The notes: generated by a model from the letters alone, not told the origin. A DNA stretch of 62,935 bases from an uncultured Eubacteriales bacterium (GCA_964544265.1 CAZJBD010000003.1:1-62935); one strand, 5' to 3'. Shown: positions 45,201 to 53,892, counted from the stretch's first letter. Numbers and translations: made by a program.

Positions 45201-45821
45201 GCCAGGGAATCGTCGGCAGAAAAACCGCTGGCCCGGACGAACTTCGAAACCTCTTATGTCCACTACGACAAGGGGATGGTCGTCATGAACGCCCTGCGGG
45301 AGATCATGGGCGAGGAAGCGCTGAACGGGGCCGTTCGGTCGTTTTTCGAGAAAGCGGCCCTCCGAACGGTCCCCTTTCCGATCGCTGAAGAGTTTATCGA
45401 CGAATTGTTGAAGGCGGCGCCGGAAGCCACCCGGGACGCGATCCGGGAGACGATCGAGAAGATCATTCTTTACGACAATCGGGCCCTGGGCGCTGAGGCG
45501 GAGGAAATCGAGGGCGGAAGATACAAAGTCACCTTGAGGGTTGAGGCCGTAAAAAGCCGTTCGGACGAAAGCGGCAAGGAGACGTCCGCGCCGTTTCTGA
45601 ACGAGCTGGAGTTCGCCGTTTTCGGCGAAGGGGGGAAGATTCTTTATCGAGGACGGCGCCCGGTCGAGCCCGGTCCCCAGGTCCTGGAGTTCATCGTGGA
45701 TTCCGTCCCGGCGCGGGCCGGGATCGATCCCTTCCATCTCCTCATCGACCGGAACCCTGACGACAACTTGGCGGCCGTCATGATAAAGAACGAAAAGCAA
45801 CAAGCGCTCTTTCGGAAGTAG
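42219..45821 (+). CDS. ABC-2-type permease fused to a C-terminal M1 aminopeptidase domain (1200 aa)
   Basis: The N-terminal ~550 aa carries many TM segments. The C-terminal part carries HEIAHQWWG (HExxH), a downstream Glu in FICETLAQ and a degenerate GxMEN region (FPGVVPVSEG). AAAGGAGA upstream. Confidence 0.8.
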   Translation: MFYRIFSFEFRLRARRISTALFFVLFLIIGYMAIVRGSGPIKLMSGLSSGITDTSAPYVLHFLINIMGYAGTLISSAVFGQAGLRDFRDRTQGLVFSYPIRKTEYLAGRFAAAFTAATAIFAGTGLGAWLGGAAPLFKSATNGPARPAAYLLPYLAGLLPTLLIMGALFFTLALLTRRMLPVYAGGVAIMVLHLMGGTLAMRTGTRLAGALIDPFGEFAARNIYGMWSLAERNERLVSLSGPYLLNRLIWSAAAVLILAVLWHRFQFREIEESRGAREERSLDRADDEVVRDEVVPVVLRFDFLTRIRQTLAGAAFEFGGIVRSTAFLVILLLISILQFIVSFRNIGLVRETTAYPLTSQVLDTGFAMLHPALLLVILFCSGELIRRDRARKVNALLDAAPVPEGVFFLGKAAALVAVTGVIIAIAMANGMVVQVIQGWTRFQPGLYLTELFGVRFVYFSLIAIFALFAQVVAGNRALGYLIVLLFTDDLPAIIGLEHRLWTFGLTPPYIYSDLNGYGPFARAIFFYNLYWLFAAVLVIVAALLFYARGEDAGLKSRLRDIRSRWTPLKRAAVGAGAIGCAVFGGWIVYNTTVLNRFESAAWEERRSADYEKTFKAYEHQPQPRATDLSWNVDLYPEERRVVSRGVMTFANKTDGPIEEVFVQTPRNARVKGLDLGRPAVVRVEPSLQGVRILKLAEPIGPGEPVRIAFDLEVVEKGFKDHGVNTGLVRNGTFLDNRHLLPSLGYSRFGELEGNSARKRQGLAPRRRLPAADEPGAQMSTIIGPDLDWIRFQAVLSTSKDQIALTSGDLVETWEKDGRRYFRYEARDRILKYLPFLSASYVVRKDRWGKVAIEIYYHPGHDFNVARMIETAKTSLRVFSEKFGPYPFDAVRIVEFPRYELSAEAFPGVVPVSEGYGFIARHRGPGVEELVRVIAHEIAHQWWGMQMIGAGVEGEFFICETLAQHSALMVLRGGYSEATLADYMNTRIDRYLRGRARESSAEKPLARTNFETSYVHYDKGMVVMNALREIMGEEALNGAVRSFFEKAALRTVPFPIAEEFIDELLKAAPEATRDAIRETIEKIILYDNRALGAEAEEIEGGRYKVTLRVEAVKSRSDESGKETSAPFLNELEFAVFGEGGKILYRGRRPVEPGPQVLEFIVDSVPARAGIDPFHLLIDRNPDDNLAAVMIKNEKQQALFRK

Positions 45822-45903
45822 GCCCGATCGTTTCGGCTCTGCCTTCTTCTGGGATCCGAATTCCTACCCGATTTTCTGCCTTTAGCAGGTCAAAAGCAAA
45901 AAT

Positions 45904-45964
45904 TTGGCAACCTTTTCTTGGCAACCTCGGTCTTTAATAAATGAATACTAAGAAACGAATACTA
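45904..45964 (+). promoter_or_regulatory. Two pairs of direct repeats upstream of the serine-hydrolase gene
   Basis: TTGGCAACCT at 45904 and 45918. GAATACTA at 45943 and 45957. Both pairs have a 14-nt period, and the region is AT-rich. Confidence 0.3.
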
Positions 45965-45998
45965 TGAATGAAAATAAACGTTATCCAAGGAGGCATCA

Positions 45999-47222
45999 AT
46001 GACGAAAAAACGGATCATTATTGGCGTCGCATTGGCCATATTCGTTGCCCCGCATCTCTTGCCCTCAGACACGCAACAGGAAATGATTCGAAAGGTCGAA
46101 AACGGCCTTCTACGCAAGATTCAGATTGGTGCGCCATCGCCCATGAACCTCCAGGAACGGATGAAATCCCTTAAAGTGCCTGGACTGAGCATTGCCGTGG
46201 TCAAGGACTTCGAGCTGCAATGGGCGAAGGGATATGGCGTCCGGGCTTCCCGGACCGGGGCCCTGGTTACGGAAGATACCCTTTTCCAGGTCGCCTCCAT
46301 CACGAAGAGCATCAGTGCGGTTATCGCGCTTCGTCTCGTTCAGGACGGAATCCTGGATCTGGACAAAGACGTGAATGGCTACCTCAAGCGCTGGAAAGTG
46401 CCGGAAAACGAATTCACTAGGGTTGAAAAGGTAACCCTGCGCCGGTTGCTATCCCATACGGCCGGCCTGACTGTGCGGGGATTCCGCGGGTATGCCGAAG
46501 GGGAGGCCGTGCCAACCATCCTGCAGCTGCTGGACGGCCTTCCTCCGGCCAACAACGCTCCTGTTCGAGTCGATCGGGTCCCCGGCACCGAGATTCGGTA
46601 TTCGGGAGGGGGGTACACCGTCCTCCAGTGTCTCCTGGAGGATGTTATGGGCCGCCCCTACCCTGAACTTGCGGCCGAGTTCGTGTTCGCGCCGGCCGGA
46701 ATGACCCGCAGCACCTTCTGCCCACCCTGCGAGGATTCTCTGAAGGGGCAGACTTCCATGGGTCACTCTGTGGATGACTCGGGAAACGTCACCAGCTTCA
46801 AGGGGTATGCCTTTCTGGATAAGGGTTCTGGTTGTTGCGAACTCTGGACGACATCCTCTGATTTGGCCCGCTTCATCATCGCCATTCAACGGGCCCTCAG
46901 AGGGGATCCCGGGTCCATCCTCTCCCTCGAAATGGCCCGGGCCATGATCTCTCCCCAAAAGAACGTCCCCAAGGGGTCCGGCGTTTTTGACAAAGGACTC
47001 GGGTGCGATCTCCCGCGTTTCGGCGACGCTGTTTACTTCAATCATGACGGAGGGAACATAGGGTTTTCGGCCCGCTACCTCGGCCACCCCGAAGGGGGGT
47101 ATGGATTCGCCTTGATGATAAATTCAGACAGCGCGTCCACTTTAGTTGAGGAACTTACGATGGCGGTGGCCGGGGCCTACGGGTGGGAAGGCATCAAGCC
47201 CGTTTTTTACAAGGAGAGGTGA
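45999..47222 (+). CDS. Serine hydrolase, beta-lactamase/PBP family, secreted
   Basis: ASITKS (SxxK) and HDGGNIGF (HxG box). Hydrophobic N-terminus. AAGGAGG upstream. Confidence 0.85.
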   Translation: MTKKRIIIGVALAIFVAPHLLPSDTQQEMIRKVENGLLRKIQIGAPSPMNLQERMKSLKVPGLSIAVVKDFELQWAKGYGVRASRTGALVTEDTLFQVASITKSISAVIALRLVQDGILDLDKDVNGYLKRWKVPENEFTRVEKVTLRRLLSHTAGLTVRGFRGYAEGEAVPTILQLLDGLPPANNAPVRVDRVPGTEIRYSGGGYTVLQCLLEDVMGRPYPELAAEFVFAPAGMTRSTFCPPCEDSLKGQTSMGHSVDDSGNVTSFKGYAFLDKGSGCCELWTTSSDLARFIIAIQRALRGDPGSILSLEMARAMISPQKNVPKGSGVFDKGLGCDLPRFGDAVYFNHDGGNIGFSARYLGHPEGGYGFALMINSDSASTLVEELTMAVAGAYGWEGIKPVFYKER

Positions 47223-47227
47223 TCGAG

Positions 47228-47560
47228 ATGAAATATCTCACTCGAATCGAAGAAATTCTGCTCTTGGCCATTTGGAAGCTCCGGGACAATGCCTATGGTA
47301 TTTCGATCCGGGAGCAGGTCGAGAAAGATACGGGCGTCGGATGGCTTTCGGGCGCGATCTATGCCCCTCTCAACAGGCTAAAGAAGAATGGGTACGTCGC
47401 CGCCCGCACGGCCAAAGGACAGGGGGAATGCGGAGGGCGTCCGCGAATCTACTATACGCTGACTCCCCGCGGAAAGGATGAGTTGTGCGCTATCCAGGCG
47501 ATGACTCGCGATCTTTGGGCCGGCGTTCCCGTACTGCAAAACGAAGCCGGCGGGGAATAA
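47228..47560 (+). CDS. PadR family transcriptional regulator
   Basis: ILLLAIWKLRDNAYGISIREQV...IYAPLNRLKKNGYV...YYTLTPRG. AAGGAGAGG upstream of ATG 47228. Confidence 0.85.
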   Translation: MKYLTRIEEILLLAIWKLRDNAYGISIREQVEKDTGVGWLSGAIYAPLNRLKKNGYVAARTAKGQGECGGRPRIYYTLTPRGKDELCAIQAMTRDLWAGVPVLQNEAGGE

Positions 47561-47561
47561 C

Positions 47562-50186
47562 ATGCCGGACCGAAAAACCGTCTTCGTCCGCAAGGGGCTT
47601 TTGTCCCTGCTTGTGGATGAAGAAATGGCCTCTTCGATCTGCGAAGACCTCGAATTCCAGCGGTCCAGCGATCAGCGGGAAAAGGGCCCCTTGATTGCGG
47701 CCCTCTTTCATTCGATTCGGCTCGCAGTTACTTTCGGCCCGCTAATCTTTGATTCCGTACGAGGAGGACTTTTTATGATCCGTAATTCCATCAGGATGGC
47801 CAGCCGGAATCTGGCCAAGTCCAAGGGATTTTCTTTTATCAACATCTTCGGCCTGGCCATGGGAATGGCCGCCTGCCTGTTTCTTGTCCTATGGGTCCAG
47901 GATGAACGGAGCTTCGATCTCTTTCACGAAAAGGCGGCGGCCATTTTTAGGGTGGACGCTAACTGGCCCACGGTTCGGAGCGCACTGACGCCCTACCCCC
48001 TGGGGCCGGCCATCGAGAAGGATATTCCGGAGGTCAGGAAGACTGCCCGCCAGGCATCGCTCGGAACAGTGGTCCTGCGGGCCGGAGAGAAAACCTTTTA
48101 TGAAAGCTCCATACAGGCCGTGGACCCGTCCTTTCTTCAGATCTTTTCTTTTCCCCTCCTGCGGGGGGACCCCGAGTCGGCGTTGAGTCAGCCTCATTCC
48201 TTGATCATGACAGAAACTTTGGCCAAAAAGTATTTCGGAAGCGAAAATCCGATGGGCAGGACCGTGACCATGGACGGGCAGTTTGATTTCACAATCTCCG
48301 GGGTTACGAAGGACGTCCCGGCGAATTCCACCCTTCGGTATGATTCGCTCGTCCCCGTGGAGTTTATGAGGGAATTCGGCTGGTACATCGACCGCTGGGA
48401 AAGCGTCAACGTCACGACTTGGGCGGAGCTGGGGGGTCGGGATCAGGCAAAAGCGGTCAAGGAAAAAATTTCCAGATTATATCGGACCCAAATGCCTTCC
48501 TCTGCCCCGGAGCCGGAGTTGATCCCTTTGACCGCGATCAATTTGTACGCCTCCGCCCAGCCCGGCCAAACATCGCAAAAAATCCAAACCGTCTACCTGT
48601 TCAGCGGACTGGCGGCCGCAATCCTGCTCGTCGCCTGCATCAATTTCATGAATCTCTCCACGGCCCGGTCCTCGAAACGGGCCCTGGAAGTCGGATTGCG
48701 GAAGGTCGTCGGCGCCAGCCGGAGGAATCTTATCGGACAGTTCTACCGTGAATCCCTCCTCGTCTCCGGGATTGCCCTTATGGTGGCCTTGGGCCTGGTT
48801 GGGATTCTGCTGCCTTCGTTTAACGCCCTGGCTGGGAAGGCCTTGACCATCCGATCTTTACTGAAAATAGAATACCTCCTCGCCTTTTTGGGAGTCGCGT
48901 CCATTGCGGGACTCGTATCCGGAAGCTATCCGGCGTTGTTCCTTTCGTCTTTCCATCCCGTCAGAGTCCTTAAGGGGACTTTGAGGGCGGGGGCGAGAAG
49001 CGGTCTGGTCCGCAAAGCCCTCATTGTCACCCAGTTCGGCCTGGCCGTCGTTGTTCTCGTAGGGACGCTTGTCGTCATGAAGCAATTGGACTACCTGAGG
49101 TCCAAAAGCGTTGGATATGACAAGGACCAACTTATCTACCTGACTCTTCAGGGAGAGGCTCGGAATCGCTACAAATTCTTTAGGGAACAAGTGATCCGGG
49201 AAGCCGACGTATCCGGAGTCACGGGGATATTCCAGAGGCCGACGATGTTCGGGAGCCGGGTCAGCGGTGCGGAATGGGAAGGAAAGCCTCCCGAACTGAA
49301 TCCCTCGATCTACTATTCTGCGGTCGATCCTCATTATATCGAGACGATGGAGATTAAGATCATCCAAGGCCGGCCGTTTTCGGACAAATTCTCCGCAGAT
49401 TTCGCCGATGAGGCCCTGATCAACCGGTCGATGGCCCGGGAGGCGCCGGAGGGTTATGCCGCCAACCCCCTGAACGCCTTCCTGATCAACGAGGAACTGG
49501 GCCGCCTGATGGGCGGAAGCGACCAGGCCGGAAAAAAGCTGAAATTCTTGGACACCGAAGGGGTCATCATCGGGGTGATGAAGGATTTCCATTTCCAGGC
49601 CGTCCAGAAGAAAATCGAACCGTTGATCCTGTTTACCTCGCCCATACATGTCCGGTACGCTATCGTCCGCCTGCCCAAGGAAAATGTCGGCGCCTCCCTG
49701 GCCGCTGTCCGGTCGATATGGGAGCGCGTCTTCCCAAATTATCCGTTCGAATACCGGTTTTACGACGAAGATTTTGGAAGGATGTTCCTGTCTGAACAGC
49801 GAATGAGGACACTTCTTCAATGGGCCGCGGTCCTGGCTGTCACGATCGCCTGCCTCGGATTATTCGGGTTGGCCTCCTTCCTGGCCGAACAGAGGACCCG
49901 GGAAATCGGGATCCGGAAAACGCTGGGAGCGACCTCCGCGGGAGTCGCCTGGATGCTGGCCAAGGAATTTCTCCGCTGGGTATTGCTGGCCAACCTGATC
50001 GCCTCACCCATCGCCTACGTCATCTCGGAGCGATGGCTGCGAGGTTATGCCTACCGTATCTCCCTCGGCAGTTCAGCCTTCGTGCTGGCTTTGGCCGCGA
50101 CCTTGGGCGTCGCGATCCTCACGATCAGCCGCCAAACCCTCAAAACCGCCCGAATTAATCCATCCCGATGCATCAAATATGAGTAA
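47562..50186 (+). CDS. Duplicated FtsX/MacB-type permease (ADOP-like orphan permease) with N-terminal prefix domain
   Basis: Two MacB_PCD-plus-FtsX halves, 874 aa. Sits directly after padR. No ATPase gene is adjacent. Confidence 0.85.
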   Translation: MPDRKTVFVRKGLLSLLVDEEMASSICEDLEFQRSSDQREKGPLIAALFHSIRLAVTFGPLIFDSVRGGLFMIRNSIRMASRNLAKSKGFSFINIFGLAMGMAACLFLVLWVQDERSFDLFHEKAAAIFRVDANWPTVRSALTPYPLGPAIEKDIPEVRKTARQASLGTVVLRAGEKTFYESSIQAVDPSFLQIFSFPLLRGDPESALSQPHSLIMTETLAKKYFGSENPMGRTVTMDGQFDFTISGVTKDVPANSTLRYDSLVPVEFMREFGWYIDRWESVNVTTWAELGGRDQAKAVKEKISRLYRTQMPSSAPEPELIPLTAINLYASAQPGQTSQKIQTVYLFSGLAAAILLVACINFMNLSTARSSKRALEVGLRKVVGASRRNLIGQFYRESLLVSGIALMVALGLVGILLPSFNALAGKALTIRSLLKIEYLLAFLGVASIAGLVSGSYPALFLSSFHPVRVLKGTLRAGARSGLVRKALIVTQFGLAVVVLVGTLVVMKQLDYLRSKSVGYDKDQLIYLTLQGEARNRYKFFREQVIREADVSGVTGIFQRPTMFGSRVSGAEWEGKPPELNPSIYYSAVDPHYIETMEIKIIQGRPFSDKFSADFADEALINRSMAREAPEGYAANPLNAFLINEELGRLMGGSDQAGKKLKFLDTEGVIIGVMKDFHFQAVQKKIEPLILFTSPIHVRYAIVRLPKENVGASLAAVRSIWERVFPNYPFEYRFYDEDFGRMFLSEQRMRTLLQWAAVLAVTIACLGLFGLASFLAEQRTREIGIRKTLGATSAGVAWMLAKEFLRWVLLANLIASPIAYVISERWLRGYAYRISLGSSAFVLALAATLGVAILTISRQTLKTARINPSRCIKYE

Positions 50187-50259
50187 TTTTTCTACGGTCG
50201 GTCGTGGGCTGACGCCGGGTTGATTTTGGCGCCGGTCTTTGGCATGATGGCCTTAAAAG

Positions 50260-50880
50260 ATGGTTAAGAAATTCTCCCTCGTTCTTTGCCTTTTAGCGGT
50301 CCTCTCTTCATGCGCCCGAGCCCCCTATCACCCCGGAAGTGGCGTTGAAACGGGTGTGGCTTCCTGGTACGGACCCGAATTTCACGGGAAGTTTACGTCG
50401 AATAAAGAAATCTTTGACATGTACGACATGACCGCAGCCCACCGGACACTGCCCTTTGGAACGTATGTTATGGTAACCAACCTCGACAACGGCCTGACGG
50501 CCACCGTTCGTATCAACGATCGCGGCCCGTTCGTGGACAACCGGATCATCGATTTGTCGTACGCGGCGGCCAGGGTCCTGGGGATGATCGGCCCGGGGAC
50601 CATTCCGGTCAGGCTCGAAATCCTGAGGCGCGTCTCGTCGGCATCGGTGGGCCGGGGCTGGTCCGTGCAGGTCGGATCGTTCATTTCCAAGGATAATGCT
50701 TCGAATCTGGCTGGCAAACTTAAGGGGAATTACGCGGGAGTTTATATCACTCTTTTCAAGACGTCGACCCAGGTTTATTACCGGGTTCGGCTCAAGGCCT
50801 CCGATGGCAACTCCGCTCGCAAATTGGCCCAACGCCTCTTTGCCGACGGATATTCCGTCATCATTCTGGAAGAACAGTAG
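50260..50880 (+). CDS. rlpA: Septal ring lytic transglycosylase RlpA family lipoprotein (DPBB plus SPOR)
   Basis: Lipobox LSSC, ASWYGPEFHGKFTSN, RINDRGPF and a C-terminal SPOR-like domain. Confidence 0.85.
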   Translation: MVKKFSLVLCLLAVLSSCARAPYHPGSGVETGVASWYGPEFHGKFTSNKEIFDMYDMTAAHRTLPFGTYVMVTNLDNGLTATVRINDRGPFVDNRIIDLSYAAARVLGMIGPGTIPVRLEILRRVSSASVGRGWSVQVGSFISKDNASNLAGKLKGNYAGVYITLFKTSTQVYYRVRLKASDGNSARKLAQRLFADGYSVIILEEQ

Positions 50881-50887
50881 CCCCGGC

Positions 50888-51313
50888 CTATTTTTTCTCC
50901 ATTTCGCCCTTGACGGTCTGGTTCTTGTGGGCTCCCTTCAAGGTGTGCACCTGGAAGCCGTCCTGCCCGGGCAGCCATACCTCGGCCAGCACATAGTCTG
51001 TCACATATTCCGTATAGGAAGGCTCGAAGTTTCCCACCATATCAAAGACAAGCTGGGGCTCCTCGATGGGAGGCTCGGGTTGCGCCAACTTCGTGAGGAA
51101 AGAGATTTGGAAATCCTTGCCGGTTGATTCCTGCCGAAGGATAATCGGTCCCTCTTCCTTCTGGTCAACCCGGTATTCGCCCGGGGGAAATTTTTTTCCG
51201 CCCGCTTCGAACTTGAACGGGATCTTAAAAGTGCCCTGGGCAAAGGCCACGGTTCCGCTGGCGATGAGGGCGACGGAAAGTGCCCCAACGGCCAAAGCAG
51301 CCAAGGTCTTCAT
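50888..51313 (-). CDS. Small secreted protein, unknown function
   Basis: Signal peptide MKTLAALAVGALSVALIASGTVAFA-QG. ATGA overlap with the upstream PLP-enzyme gene. Confidence 0.55.
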   Translation of the reverse strand: MKTLAALAVGALSVALIASGTVAFAQGTFKIPFKFEAGGKKFPPGEYRVDQKEEGPIILRQESTGKDFQISFLTKLAQPEPPIEEPQLVFDMVGNFEPSYTEYVTDYVLAEVWLPGQDGFQVHTLKGAHKNQTVKGEMEKK

Positions 51314-52674
51314 AGGAATCCTCCTTCCATGCTGCCGAGGGCCCCGGGATCCGCGGAAGGAACGCCGTTCTTGAGTGCGGCTTCCATGCCCTCCACAAAG
51401 GTATCGATCTCCTCGAGCGTCGTATAGATGTTCGGCGATACCCTGATGGCTTGATAATCGAACACCGCGTTGGGCGGGGCTCCCCCGACGAGCGGGACCA
51501 CGATGATCCGATACTCGTCCATCAAGAACCGGGCCAAGTCTCGGACGTCGATCCCCTCAATGTTGACCGCGGCCACCGCCCAGGTTTCGGCCGGCTCCCC
51601 GAGGTTGGACAGGATCTTGATGCGCGGATGGACCTTGAGGGCGTTGGCCCAGCGCAGAGTCAGGTAGCGAAGCCGCGCCGCCTTGCGCTCGGCCCCGACG
51701 GCCTGATGGTAGGCCAGAGCTTCGCCGAGTGCCGCCCGGATGGCCCAGGGGTGAGTCCCGATGGCCTCGAACTTGCGGATATCGTTGTCTTGCTGTTCAG
51801 GCGCCGCCTGGAGGGGCCAAAATCGCGGGATCATCTCCCGGCGCACGTACAAACAGCCGTTGCCGATCGGCGCCAGGAGCCACTTGTGCAGGCTGACGCC
51901 GTAGGCGTCACATTCGAGGTCCCGCAGCTTAAACGGGAACTGTCCCAATGCGTGCGCCCCGTCGACGATCGTTATGATTCCTTTGGAACGAGCCAGCCGG
52001 GAGAGCCGCTGGACGGGGAACATCTGGGCCGTTAGATTGGTGATATGGCAGAAATGGAAGACTTTCGTTTTCGGTGTGATGGCGTTCTCGAACCGCCGGT
52101 ATAGGTCATCCTGGGTCGTCGGCACGGGGAACTGAAGGCGCGTGACCTTAATCCCCTCGCGCCGCATCCGCTGGTCCCAGGTCGTCAGCATGCGGGGATA
52201 ATCCTGCTCCGTCGTGATGACCTCGTCGCCGGCCTCAAGGTCGATCCCGTTCTGGACGATTTGGAGGGATTCGCTGGCCCCGCGGGTGAGCGCTAACTCC
52301 TCGGGCTCGCATCCGAACTCCGCCGCCATCCTCCGGCGGATCGTCTGGATGTTGTTGGCGATCTGGCCCTGGTAATGGATGGGCAACATGTTGATCATGT
52401 CCATGTAGCGCCAGACCGATTCGAGGACAACCCGGGGGCAGGGGGCGGTAAATCCGTTGTTCAGGTTGATCAGGCTCCGGTCCAGCTTGAAAGCGAGTTG
52501 AACCTCCCGCCAGTAGAACTCGTCCTTAGCGATTTCCTCGGGCGTCCGGTCGGCAACCGTTTGAGAGGCGGCCAGGATACGCTCGAGCCCGCCGGCCTTG
52601 GCCGCGTAGGCGGCAGGCATAAAACTTCCGGCCATCCGCAGGAATGCCCTTCGGCTCCACATCGCAGATCTCAT
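51310..52674 (-). CDS. Class V-fold PLP-dependent enzyme (cysteine desulfurase/epimerase-like) with Tat signal
   Basis: ATG 52674 with GGGAGGAGG upstream. N-terminus MRSAMWSRRAFLRMAGSFMPAAYAAKA (SRRxFLR). PLP-lysine motif SLHKW. Confidence 0.8.
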   Translation of the reverse strand: MRSAMWSRRAFLRMAGSFMPAAYAAKAGGLERILAASQTVADRTPEEIAKDEFYWREVQLAFKLDRSLINLNNGFTAPCPRVVLESVWRYMDMINMLPIHYQGQIANNIQTIRRRMAAEFGCEPEELALTRGASESLQIVQNGIDLEAGDEVITTEQDYPRMLTTWDQRMRREGIKVTRLQFPVPTTQDDLYRRFENAITPKTKVFHFCHITNLTAQMFPVQRLSRLARSKGIITIVDGAHALGQFPFKLRDLECDAYGVSLHKWLLAPIGNGCLYVRREMIPRFWPLQAAPEQQDNDIRKFEAIGTHPWAIRAALGEALAYHQAVGAERKAARLRYLTLRWANALKVHPRIKILSNLGEPAETWAVAAVNIEGIDVRDLARFLMDEYRIIVVPLVGGAPPNAVFDYQAIRVSPNIYTTLEEIDTFVEGMEAALKNGVPSADPGALGSMEGGFL

Positions 52675-52813
52675 GTTAGACCTCCTCCCATTCAAGACGG
52701 CTCATACGTATTCATTTTGCGCGAAACGATTTTTCAGTCCCCTGACTCAGGGGACAATCGGGTTCATCGCGGTCCATGGTATTCCGCCCCCCGGATCGAT
52801 GTCAAGAAAGCGA

Positions 52814-53875
52814 TTACTTCTTCCTCTTGTACAGATAAGCGCAATCGCGGAGCTTGTTCTCTTTGCCGTCATGAACCGCATAATCGCTGCCGCTCCACAT
52901 GCAAGCCGCTCCGTATTCCCCCTTCTTGTTGATGGCGTAAAAATTAAGGCCGAATGAAGGCCTGCCGTCCTCGGTCAAAAGGCGCGGTTCGAGCTTCGTT
53001 TTAACGGCAATCTTTTCCAGCGTTTTCAAACAAGCCTCTTCCGGTGAGAGGCCGTGTCCCATGAAATCTACGACCGAATAGCTGCCGAGATTGAGGATAT
53101 TGGCTTCGCCGCGGCCCGTTGATCCGGCGGCCCCGATCTCGTTATCCACATAGAGTCCGGCCCCTATGATGGGCGAGTCGCCGACGCGTCCCGCGATCTT
53201 GAAGGACAGCCCGCTCGTCGTCGTTACCCCGGCCAGGTCTCCCCTTTCGTTGATGGCCAGGCAGTTGATCGTTCCGTTGCTCAAAAGGAAGGGCCGCAGT
53301 TCAGCGGTCATCTTGTCGGAATCGGGGGGAAACCAATTGTCCTTGTCCGAAAGGTTCTCCTTCCAGCGGAGCCAAATCTCACGAGCCTTTTCGGTGAGCA
53401 GGTCCTCTTCCTTGAGGCCGTGGGCCTTGGCGAACCGAAGAGCCCCTTCCCCGACCAGGAGCACGTGATCGCTTCGCTCCATGACCAGCTTAGCCACTTT
53501 GGAGGGATTTTTAATGTTCCTGAGCGAGGCCACCGCACCGGCATCGTGGGTCGGTCCATACATGACAGAGGCGTCGAGTTCGACGATGCCGTCCTCGTTG
53601 GGCAGGCCTCCGTATCCCACCGACATGTCATTCGGGTCGTCCTCGATGATATTGACGCCGGCGATGACGGCATCGAGAGGATTAGCTCCCTTCTTCAACA
53701 GCTCCATCGCCTTCTCGGTGGCCCGGATTCCATTGCCGCTGGAGACGACACGCATGGTCTCGGTCGCCGCAGGAGTCACGTCAATCGACGAGGGTGCGGC
53801 TCTGCCGGCAAGGATCGACGCGGCACCGAGGCTCACTCCCGTCTTGATGAATTCGCGTCTTGAATATCGGCTCAT
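52814..53875 (-). CDS. Ntn-hydrolase asparaginase / glycosylasparaginase family, Tat signal
   Basis: MSRYSRREFIKTGVSLGAASILAG (Tat). GTINCLAI autoprocessing Thr region. GAAGSTGRGE. GGGAGGA upstream. Confidence 0.8.
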   Translation of the reverse strand: MSRYSRREFIKTGVSLGAASILAGRAAPSSIDVTPAATETMRVVSSGNGIRATEKAMELLKKGANPLDAVIAGVNIIEDDPNDMSVGYGGLPNEDGIVELDASVMYGPTHDAGAVASLRNIKNPSKVAKLVMERSDHVLLVGEGALRFAKAHGLKEEDLLTEKAREIWLRWKENLSDKDNWFPPDSDKMTAELRPFLLSNGTINCLAINERGDLAGVTTTSGLSFKIAGRVGDSPIIGAGLYVDNEIGAAGSTGRGEANILNLGSYSVVDFMGHGLSPEEACLKTLEKIAVKTKLEPRLLTEDGRPSFGLNFYAINKKGEYGAACMWSGSDYAVHDGKENKLRDCAYLYKRKK

Positions 53876-53892
53876 GTGATGATTCCTCCCTT

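Noticed and set aside
43443-45803. Minus-strand ORFs 43443..44549 (368 aa) and 44724..45803 (359 aa)
   Set aside because: They lie antisense to the permease-M1 fusion gene. They are R/D/G-rich with no recognisable domain.
45905-45923. Sigma-54 promoter suggested by TGGCAA...TTGGCA
   Set aside because: The distance from the GG to the following GC is 15 nt, not the required 12 nt, and the second element is TTGGCA rather than TTGC. It is better described as a direct repeat.
48858-49820. 320-aa minus-strand ORF
   Set aside because: It lies antisense to the FtsX-type permease gene and has no motifs.
52737-52755. 7-bp hairpin GTCCCCT-gactc-AGGGGAC as an intrinsic terminator of the asparaginase gene
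   Set aside because: On the transcribed (minus) strand it is followed by an A-rich tract, not a U-rich one. I kept it only as an unexplained stem-loop.
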